From: Candidatus Acidiferrales bacterium
GTDB taxonomy: Bacteria; Acidobacteriota; Terriglobia; Acidiferrales; UBA7541
Direction: 5' to 3'
Assembly: GCA_035622155.1 (NCBI GenBank)
Contig: DASPVW010000036.1
Location: forward strand, 269,890-333,889
Length of the DNA stretch: 64,000 bases
Shown: piece after piece, positions 19,173 to 26,114 of the stretch
How the letters are laid out: every line of letters begins with the position of its first letter
Numbering within the stretch: the first letter of the stretch is position 1
The notes under the pieces: model-generated
The model's input: only the letters and a program-made list of their open reading frames with translations
What the model was told of the DNA's origin: nothing
Databases searched by the model: none
Translations under genes and position numbers: made by a program

Positions 19173-20132
19173 TTAGGAAATCCTCAGACAGATGTCCAGC
19201 GCGCGAGCCGAATGAGTCAGCGCGCCCAGCGAAATCGCGTCTACGCCGCTCGCGGCATATCGCTCGATGTTTGTCTCCGAGATCCCGCCACTGGCTTCGA
19301 TGAGAACGTCGTTCCACAAGCCTTCTTGCTGCAACCTGTCTACAATCGTGCCGATCTGATCCGACGTCATGTTGTCCAGCAACAACAGGCAGGGATATTC
19401 CTCGGCCGCCCCTTCTAGGAGGCGCCGGAACGTTTGCGCGGCGGCGCGCGCCGCCGCAAGTTCTCGCACTTCGACTTCAATGAAAGCGGCCTCCCGGCGA
19501 GCCTTCCAGACCCGTTCGATGGCGAGCGGAACCGCCTCGAGTTCGGTCGGTGCGAGCAGCGCGAGATGGTTATTCTTAATCAGGATGGCGTCACCCAATC
19601 CGAGACGGTGAGTGCCCGCACCACCCAGATGCAAAGCGCGTTTGTCGAGCAAGCCCCAGGGCGTCTTGCGAGTGCCGACCACCCGCGCGTGGCCGCCGCG
19701 ACTTTGAGCGCGTTCCTGCAAGCACCGTGCCGTCGTGGCAACGCCGCTCATCCTCTGCAGAAGATTCAGGCCCACTCGTTCCAGCCCCAGCAACCTCACC
19801 TCCTGGCCTTCGACGAAGGCCAGGACGTCGCCTGGCGCCATGGCGTCGCCATCGCGCTTTTCGGGGAAGACTTGGAGTCTGCGCCGCGCGAGCAGAAAGC
19901 GAAACTCGTCCAACCCGGCTGCGATGCCGCCTTGCTGACTGATGACGGCGGCGCGGACAGTGCGTTTCGGGCTTCCGAGCGCCCTCGCGGTTTGGTCGGT
20001 CGGCGCAAGGTCCGCCTCAAGCAGGAGATCGGTTAGCGCGCGCACGGTGCGGCGGTAGCGCGCATTTCGAATTCTCAGGACATCGCCTCGAAATAGGGCG
20101 CGCAGGATGCGTTGTTCCCGTGTCAGTTTCAT
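19173..20132 (-). CDS. nadC: Nicotinate-nucleotide pyrophosphorylase (carboxylating) NadC
   Basis: QPRTase signatures (RKTPWGLLDKRALHLGGAGTHRLGLGDAILIKNNH, LLLDNM, EASGGI). Confidence 0.9.
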   Translation of the reverse strand: MKLTREQRILRALFRGDVLRIRNARYRRTVRALTDLLLEADLAPTDQTARALGSPKRTVRAAVISQQGGIAAGLDEFRFLLARRRLQVFPEKRDGDAMAPGDVLAFVEGQEVRLLGLERVGLNLLQRMSGVATTARCLQERAQSRGGHARVVGTRKTPWGLLDKRALHLGGAGTHRLGLGDAILIKNNHLALLAPTELEAVPLAIERVWKARREAAFIEVEVRELAAARAAAQTFRRLLEGAAEEYPCLLLLDNMTSDQIGTIVDRLQQEGLWNDVLIEASGGISETNIERYAASGVDAISLGALTHSARALDICLRIS

Positions 20133-20145
20133 TGCCCGCGTGTGC

Positions 20146-20721
20146 TCATTTCAGAAGGATGCCCTGCTTTCGCAATTCCGCTTTGGCGCGTGCAATCGCC
20201 TCGGGCCTGGAGGCTTCTACGGTGTGGAGGTGGACGCCGTCGGTCAAAGCAGACAGCAGGGTCGCCTTCGTCGCTCGCAGCTGTTCGAGAAAATCCTGCA
20301 CATCGGCTCGCGATCCAAGCATCAGGGAGCCGCGCAATTCCCCGTAGAGTGGATGCTCAACGATCACATCCAGCACCCGAACGCCGAAATCAACCAAAGT
20401 CTGCAGCTCTTGTTCGGTTTGCTCGGGCTTGTGGCGACATGCCAAAACGGCGCGATGGACTTGCTCTTGGGACTTGGGAATTTGATAGCCTCGCGGAGTA
20501 GCGATGATCTTTTCGCCGCTCGCACGCAAAACGGCCACATCCTGCACCAGGCATTGCCGGCTTACGCGGAAGCGCCTCGCCAGCTCGCTGCCGCGAATCG
20601 GATCGCCGTGCCCGCCCATCCACTCGAGTATCTGCCGGCGACGCTCTTCGCCCGAATCCGGCCCCACCTTTTTCGGTGACCCTTCCGTCGACCCCGTTCT
20701 CGTCGTGGGCTGTCTTGTCAC
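20146..20721 (-). CDS. niaR: NiaR (YrxA)-type transcriptional regulator of NAD metabolism (HTH + 3H domain)
   Basis: N-terminal HTH (RRRQILEWM...GSELARRFRVSRQCLVQDVAVLRASG). C-terminal 3H-like domain with conserved His residues (VEHPLYGEL...DGVHLHTV). It is the first gene of the nad operon. Confidence 0.8.
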   Translation of the reverse strand: MTRQPTTRTGSTEGSPKKVGPDSGEERRRQILEWMGGHGDPIRGSELARRFRVSRQCLVQDVAVLRASGEKIIATPRGYQIPKSQEQVHRAVLACRHKPEQTEQELQTLVDFGVRVLDVIVEHPLYGELRGSLMLGSRADVQDFLEQLRATKATLLSALTDGVHLHTVEASRPEAIARAKAELRKQGILLK

Positions 20722-20849
20722 CTATCTAGTCTACTGTTAAGTCTGAGAAAAAGCCAGAAACAGCGCTCTCCGGAGAAGACCGGTTACTTGAACGCCGCGT
20801 GCGATCGTTTTCAAGCTGCACAGCGATCGAGACTGCGCGATAGTCGATA

Positions 20850-21209
20850 GTGAGGAACAGCAAGAGGGCTGATTCTTTGGGGCAAACAGCGCAAAGACGT
20901 AGCGAGCGCGTGCTCATGGACTTGCCGATCATCGTCAGCGGTGAATCCACCGACCATAGCACGTTCCTTGAAGAGACGTTCACCGTCACGGTTAGCGCGC
21001 ACGGTGCCCTCGTGATGCTCGCGACGAAGGTCGCGATCGGACAAAAGCTCCTTCTAACGAATCCAGCCAATCACGGCCAGTGCGAAGCACGGGTCGCCTA
21101 TCTGGGCCATCCCCATGCGGGTTTGTCACAAGTGGGGGTCGAGTTTGCTCGACCCTCGCCCGAGTTCTGGCCGATCAGCTCACCCCCGCAAGATTGGCGG
21201 GTCAGCTAG
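20850..21209 (+). CDS. Stand-alone PilZ-domain protein
   Basis: RRSER (RxxxR) followed about 30 aa later by TVSAHG ([D/N]xSxxG-like, with T replacing D/N). GTG start. Confidence 0.6.
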   Translation: MRNSKRADSLGQTAQRRSERVLMDLPIIVSGESTDHSTFLEETFTVTVSAHGALVMLATKVAIGQKLLLTNPANHGQCEARVAYLGHPHAGLSQVGVEFARPSPEFWPISSPPQDWRVS

Positions 21210-21239
21210 CGAGCAACAAGAGCCCGCCCTTGCGATCCG

Positions 21240-21617
21240 TTAGGAACCGAGTTCGGCGAGCCAGGAATCCAGAATTTGCAACTGTTGAGATGGCATCTCT
21301 TCAAATGCGACGCCCATTCCCATCCCGCCCTGGACGTAGATGATTCGTCCCGAGCAAGCCAACGCACCCTGATCGCGGGAAATGCATAGTTGGATGGTGG
21401 TGCCCACGGGCAGCGTGTTGAGCAAGTCCACGTAACAGCCCTTGCGGCTGATTTCAGAGATGCGCCCTGCCATGCGAACGCCGCTGGCTGGCTCAACGAT
21501 TTCGGCAGCGGCAATCAACGTCGACCGCGGCACGGTGCGGCGCTCCCGATAGGGCGAGTCAGCTGACACGGGGTCGCCCGGTCCGCTCATCGTCGTGACG
21601 CTCCAATTCGCGGTCAC
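21240..21617 (-). CDS. Stand-alone PilZ-domain protein
   Basis: RRTVPR (RxxxR) followed by EISRKG ([D/N]xSxxG-like). Starts at GTG 21617 or alternatively ATG 21590. Confidence 0.6.
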   Translation of the reverse strand: MTANWSVTTMSGPGDPVSADSPYRERRTVPRSTLIAAAEIVEPASGVRMAGRISEISRKGCYVDLLNTLPVGTTIQLCISRDQGALACSGRIIYVQGGMGMGVAFEEMPSQQLQILDSWLAELGS

Positions 21618-21953
21618 ACAGTTCTCTGTGCAACGCTAGCCGGGCCCTTCACCGTCACCTCGTGGGAGACGGCGTCGGAGAATCAAGCCCCTCGACGGGC
21701 CTGCTGGAAGCATTCGTCGTGCATGAGCGTTGCAGAATATCTTTGGCAATTGCTTGGCACTGTAAGCAACGACGTACTAGAACTGGACCTTCACGGCATC
21801 CAAGGTTCTGCCGAGCGTCCAGAGATGACCGGCCACAGGACGTGCAAACTCAGTTGATTCCATAAACGAAAACCGATATGGTGATTCCAGGTCGGGAAGT
21901 CCTGCGATTCTGGCAAGTTCGATGTACTGAAATGAAGGTGACACGGGGCAGGA

Positions 21954-22757
21954 ATGCGTCCAGGCGAGCAGCTGAGGGAGCTCCGCAATCGTCTCGGGGT
22001 GACAACGCGCGAGGTCGAGGAATTTAGCCGGACGATCGCGGAAGATCGTCAAAACGAAGAGTTTTACATCTCGAATGCGTGGCTGACACAGCTGGAGAAT
22101 AAGAACTCGATCCCAAGCATCTATAAGCTGTATAGCCTCAGCGTCATTTATCGAACCAAGTTCAACGACCTGCTGGCCGTCTTCGGCATCGACTTAAATG
22201 CCACCTCGCGCTATCAACTCTCCCTTCCTCTCCAGCACACGCACTTAACCGATTTTGAAGCCGCCGATCCGGGGAAATCCATCACCTTTCCGGTACGTTT
22301 TGATAAAAGTTTCAACCTCGAGACAACCAGTTTGATTTCTCGTATGGTTGAACTCTGGGGAGAGATTCCCGTCGCGTTAATTCAAAAGCTCGATGTGCGC
22401 CGCTGCCAATATGGGTATATCGGCACCCAGGACTACACGATGTATCCACTCTTGCGCCCAGGGTCGTTCGTGCAGATTGAGAGCCACTCGATTCGCATGC
22501 AGGTCGCGGACTGGCGTACCGAATACGACCGGCCTATCTATTTCGTCGAATTGCGGGATGGCTATGCATGTTCTTGGTGCGAAATTCGCGGCTCCCAGCT
22601 AACGCTGGTTCCACATCCGCTTTCCGGCTGCACCATTCGGCAATTTGTCTATCCATCTGAGGCTGAGATCGTCGGGCAGGTAACGGGGATGGCTATGCGC
22701 TTGGTTGCGGCGGAGGCGAAGGGAGACGAGCTTCCAAGATTGCCAAGGCGATCTTGA
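21954..22757 (+). CDS. XRE-family HTH regulator with degenerate S24/LexA-like C-terminal domain
   Basis: N-terminal HTH (LRELRNRLGVTTREVEEFS...ISNAWLTQLENKNSIPSIYKLYSLS). The C-terminal beta-rich region has DYTMYPLLRPGSFV where LexA-type proteins have GDSMxPxxxxGDxV, and no matching catalytic Lys was seen. Confidence 0.7.
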   Translation: MRPGEQLRELRNRLGVTTREVEEFSRTIAEDRQNEEFYISNAWLTQLENKNSIPSIYKLYSLSVIYRTKFNDLLAVFGIDLNATSRYQLSLPLQHTHLTDFEAADPGKSITFPVRFDKSFNLETTSLISRMVELWGEIPVALIQKLDVRRCQYGYIGTQDYTMYPLLRPGSFVQIESHSIRMQVADWRTEYDRPIYFVELRDGYACSWCEIRGSQLTLVPHPLSGCTIRQFVYPSEAEIVGQVTGMAMRLVAAEAKGDELPRLPRRS

Positions 22758-23175
22758 AGCTGGAAAACAGCAGCTGAGCCGTCAGCGGGTCGGTCTCTAC
22801 GGGGACTGCGACCCGGTAGGGCTCGAGTTTTTTCCATGCCGCTACGAAATCCCGCGGGCTGGTGTGCGTAGAATCGATATACCCTTCCATCTGGCTCACC
22901 AGCTCGCGTAAAGAACAACCTACCAGTTGGCTGAACGCCTCGCGGTGGCAGTCGGCCAGCGCTTCGCAGGCAACTTCCTGGGTGAAGCGAGAAGCCAGGC
23001 CATCATGGTAGTAAAGACCCGTGTTGTAATCTCGCATCGAAGCCAAGTAGATCAACCGGTCAAGCGACCGTGGGATCTCGGCCAGAGTGCGGTTGCGAAG
23101 ATCGGTGGCGGCTTGCGCCACGTCGATTCGTCTTGTTGCCCGTGTCACCAACAGTCTCCTAGAGCGTCGCCGCAT
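22693..23175 (-). CDS. Hypothetical soluble protein, third gene of the membrane operon
   Basis: 160-aa ORF. Its start overlaps the upstream gene's stop by 17 nt; an alternative GTG at 23148 lies 10 nt downstream of that stop. No recognisable family. Confidence 0.45.
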   Translation of the reverse strand: MRRRSRRLLVTRATRRIDVAQAATDLRNRTLAEIPRSLDRLIYLASMRDYNTGLYYHDGLASRFTQEVACEALADCHREAFSQLVGCSLRELVSQMEGYIDSTHTSPRDFVAAWKKLEPYRVAVPVETDPLTAQLLFSSFKIALAILEARLPSPPPQPSA

Positions 23176-23737
23176 CGGTGGGCTGGCCGCCCAACGCGCC
23201 CAGTCGCGCTGTGTCCAGGAAGCTTAGCGACTGTTGAGAGATCTCGCAGGCGCGAGCTGCTACATTAGCTACCACAGAGACCATCCGAGGTGCCGCGTAG
23301 GGTCCAGCGATGTAAACCAGGGCCTGTAACGCCATGCACGCACCGGTCAGAGCGGCAAACGACATAGCCAGCTCCACTTCCAACCGCGGGTTCAGCCGGG
23401 CGTAGTGGCGCGCCGCGCCGCGGTGGAACCGCTGCAGACTGCGAATTTGGCTGCGAACCTCGGTCAGCCACAGCAAGGCGATGGCTTTGCGCTCGGCCAT
23501 GAAAAGCTCGTGGATCGATCGGGGGGTCTCCGCGCGCACGTACTCCCAATCCCGCTCGGCGAACACCCGTTTGACCAGGTCAAGCGGGAGCAGACCCGCC
23601 TGCAAGGTCTTCAGTGCCTGACGAGCTTCGACAAGGGCGCTGGAGCTCCCTTCGGGCCGCGTATTGCGGCGCGCCAGCAGGAACAGGGACAAAAACAGCA
23701 GCACCCCGACAAAGAGAAAAAAGATCAATGAAATCAT
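23159..23737 (-). CDS. Hypothetical membrane protein (N-terminal TM, helical domain, second hydrophobic segment)
   Basis: Start re-picked at ATG 23737 (MISLIFFLFVGVLLFLSLFLLA). It forms an ATGA overlap with the stop of the upstream 7-TM gene (23734-23737). Confidence 0.55.
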   Translation of the reverse strand: MISLIFFLFVGVLLFLSLFLLARRNTRPEGSSSALVEARQALKTLQAGLLPLDLVKRVFAERDWEYVRAETPRSIHELFMAERKAIALLWLTEVRSQIRSLQRFHRGAARHYARLNPRLEVELAMSFAALTGACMALQALVYIAGPYAAPRMVSVVANVAARACEISQQSLSFLDTARLGALGGQPTDAATL

Positions 23738-24489
23738 GTGCGCGCCGCCTTTCCTATATACGCGCGAATCGCGCCCATTACGCCTTTGGTTCTTGCAACT
23801 AACGCTCCGTAATCTTCCTCCAAATGGATCATATGATCCGGAGCAGGGTTCGGGCAATAGGACCAGAGTGCTATCAGCCATATAATCAGGGAAATATTGA
23901 AGGATAGGGGTTGGATCAGCCAGATCTGATCCAGTGGCTTACCCGCATAGGACCGGATGGTTAGGCTGAACAGGCTGGTCAGGATGTACAGACCGTAGCC
24001 CATAATCATGCCATTCATGTTCCTTCCGATGCCGATGCCGTAGTAAAAAACCACGGCCAGCAGGCTGCAGATGAAGATGGCCTGCACCGAACGTAAATCT
24101 CGCTCGAATTCGATGATGGTTCCCGGCGACCAGTGAGGTGCGATTAACGGTGAAACCAGAGCGAAACACAGGATCGCGCCAAATGCTCCTATTCCGCTGA
24201 AGCGCGCAAATCGCTCCGCGCCCGGATACGGCGCCAAAACATGGTTCAGGATCTCCAAGAGGATCCCGTAGCCGGTGATCAAGGTCCCCAGCTGCAAGGG
24301 CCAATACCAACGGTCGTAGAGGGCCGGTGCGGTCCCATTGAGAAGCATCGCCGCACCGGTGACAAATGTAACAGATGCAATGTATATATAAAAGAAATAA
24401 TAGCGCTGTATCAGGCGAGCCCGCAAACCTCGGATGAGCAGTAACAACTCCAGGAGGAGGCCCAACCCCATTATCAGCCAGATCGACAT
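23734..24489 (-). CDS. Hypothetical integral membrane protein, about 7 TM helices
   Basis: 251 aa with seven hydrophobic segments of 20-25 aa and a 35-aa charged C-terminal tail. No recognisable family. Confidence 0.6.
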   Translation of the reverse strand: MSIWLIMGLGLLLELLLLIRGLRARLIQRYYFFYIYIASVTFVTGAAMLLNGTAPALYDRWYWPLQLGTLITGYGILLEILNHVLAPYPGAERFARFSGIGAFGAILCFALVSPLIAPHWSPGTIIEFERDLRSVQAIFICSLLAVVFYYGIGIGRNMNGMIMGYGLYILTSLFSLTIRSYAGKPLDQIWLIQPLSFNISLIIWLIALWSYCPNPAPDHMIHLEEDYGALVARTKGVMGAIRAYIGKAART

Positions 24490-24605
24490 CCCGTCCGCCC
24501 TAAGGGGTGATCGGCCAGGATCATAACATGTAGCCCAAGGGCAGAGACGACTTTCCGCTCCCGGGCTACGTAAAGATCAAACCGACCTGGGTCTTGCCCG
24601 TAGGT

Positions 24606-24854
24606 CTACGCCTTGTGAGACGGACGCACTGGGCCATTCAGGGCGGCCACATGCGGGGGAGGTATGGGGCCGTCCATGGCCGCCACGTGCGGAGGAGGTA
24701 TAGGACCGTCCATCGCGGCCACGTGCGGAGGAGGAATGGGCCCGTCCATGGTGACGGGGTGGGTCAGCACAGAGGCTGAAGCAGGCGGTGCAGACGCAAA
24801 GACGGCAAGGACAATGATGGCCACCGCCAGCAGCCAAACATGGTTCAAATTCAT
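24606..24854 (-). CDS. Secreted mini-protein with 3 identical MDGPIPPPHVAA repeats
   Basis: AGGAGAGAG SD and a Sec-type signal peptide (MNLNHVWLLAVAIIVLAVFASAPPASA). These are followed by three perfect 12-aa repeats and a degenerate fourth (LNGPVRPSHKA). Confidence 0.65.
   Translation of the reverse strand: MNLNHVWLLAVAIIVLAVFASAPPASASVLTHPVTMDGPIPPPHVAAMDGPIPPPHVAAMDGPIPPPHVAALNGPVRPSHKA
24642..24749 (-). repeat. 3 x 36-nt tandem coding repeat
   Basis: Units lie at 24714-24749, 24678-24713 and 24642-24677. All encode MDGPIPPPHVAA. They differ only at third codon positions, in 7 of 12 codons. Confidence 0.9.
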
Positions 24855-25070
24855 CGCTCTCTCCTAGGCAGTTTTTAAAAGGGGGCTCGTGCCGCTCGGA
24901 AAGCTAGAACTAAGCCCCGCCTACCATACTGCAAACTTGGAACGCTCACCCCACCGAGCACGTCCGCAACGATAACTACAAAGTTATGTTTCGAGGAAGT
25001 CCCGTAACCGCCGCAGCTGTCGTCGGGAGCTGACGAGAATGGAAACCTCGCGGAACATACGTATGGAGAT

Positions 25071-25979
25071 TTGCGCAAGTTCGCGGTACTAAGGGATGTA
25101 GCCGGGTGGTGCAGGCACATCATGGTTGACACTAAATCCCCCCAAGCTGGCCCAGACCTACCTCCGCGGGCGTTCCATGAAGACTTGCGGAAACTCGACC
25201 GGCGCCAGTGGTGGCTGTGGTCATCGACAGTGCTCGTGCTCATCTTGCTCACGATTGCTGTGGCATCGTTTGCTTTTCCGGCCCTTCTTACCAGAGAAGA
25301 AGGGACTTATTCGTTCTATCTCAACCAGGCCGTACGCTCGCTCGTGGGGATCGTTCTTGTTTTTAGCGTCTATCTCGTTCACCAACAGCACACCATCATG
25401 CGCATGCGAAACCAGTTGGCCGAGCAGGTCCATTCCCTTGAAAAAGTTCAAGATTTGACCAACGAGGTATACAAGCTCGCCGCGCTGGATCCACTGACGG
25501 GACTTTACAACCGTCGCTCCGGCGAACAGCGGCTCACCGAAGAAATTAGCCGCGCTGTCCGCTACCAGCGCCCTCTCACAGTCCTGTTGATCGACCTCGA
25601 CGGATTGAAGCAAACCAACGACAAACTCGGCCACGCCGCCGGCGATATAGTACTGAAACAATTTGCGGAGCGGCTACAAAGAGCGATTCGCGGCTCCGAT
25701 CTGGCTGTCCGGCTCGGAGGCGATGAATTTATGGCGCTTCTCCCAGAATGCCGCACTGAAGAGGTCAGGCACGTCATCAACCGCATCGAGGGGCTTGAGG
25801 TTGACTACGAAGGGACCAAAATTCCGTGCCGCTTCTCTCGCGGCTGGACCGACTACCGGCCCGGGGAAACGACCGAGGAGTTGTTGAAGCGCGCCGATGG
25901 AGCTCTCTACTCAAACAAACGGGCTACGAAGGTGCCTGGTCCGTCCGATCCGGTGCCCATCCCGCAATCGGTTCACTAG
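25071..25979 (+). CDS. Membrane-anchored diguanylate cyclase (GGDEF)
   Basis: Two N-terminal TM segments and a coiled-coil linker. Intact GGDEF (RLGGDEFMALL) with an RxxD I-site (RGSD) five residues upstream. Alternative start at ATG 25122. Confidence 0.85.
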   Translation: MRKFAVLRDVAGWCRHIMVDTKSPQAGPDLPPRAFHEDLRKLDRRQWWLWSSTVLVLILLTIAVASFAFPALLTREEGTYSFYLNQAVRSLVGIVLVFSVYLVHQQHTIMRMRNQLAEQVHSLEKVQDLTNEVYKLAALDPLTGLYNRRSGEQRLTEEISRAVRYQRPLTVLLIDLDGLKQTNDKLGHAAGDIVLKQFAERLQRAIRGSDLAVRLGGDEFMALLPECRTEEVRHVINRIEGLEVDYEGTKIPCRFSRGWTDYRPGETTEELLKRADGALYSNKRATKVPGPSDPVPIPQSVH

Positions 25980-26114
25980 TTCCGAGGCGGTGTAGGGAAA
26001 ACTTGTAAGGGTGCGCCACACCAGCAGTCGAATCCCGCTCGGGAAAACCGCAAACAGATGATGTGGCATCAAAATGAGTTGCGCGAATTTCAAGCGCGGG
26101 AGCGTGCCGTGAAA

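Noticed and set aside
20701-20740. A possible NiaR operator overlapping the niaR start (TGTCTTGTCACCTATCTAGTCTACTGT).
   Set aside because: I could not find a convincing dyad and I do not remember the NiaR consensus well enough. It is left as a note inside the NAD operon finding rather than called as a feature.
21755-21767. sigma54-like TGGCAC element upstream of the XRE regulator (cTTGGCACtgtaaGCAAc).
   Set aside because: The GG-to-GC spacing is 10 nt, not the 12 nt of the TGGCACG-N4-TTGC consensus. There is no TTGC box and no enhancer-binding protein gene nearby.
21777-22052. A 91-aa minus-strand ORF spanning the XRE regulator start and its upstream region.
   Set aside because: It overlaps the well-supported HTH-coding N-terminus in antisense. 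It has no SD and no family resemblance.
24530-24569. Inverted repeat GTAGCCC...GGGCTAC between the repeat-peptide gene and the 7-TM gene, as a terminator or operator.
   Set aside because: A 7-bp stem with a 26-nt loop and no following T-run. It is thermodynamically unconvincing as an intrinsic terminator, and no second copy exists to suggest an operator.
24642-24749. The 3 x 36-nt tandem repeat as a possible CRISPR array or minisatellite.
   Set aside because: The units are directly adjacent with no spacers. They are in frame within an ORF that has an SD and a signal peptide, and they differ only at synonymous sites. No cas genes are present in the window.
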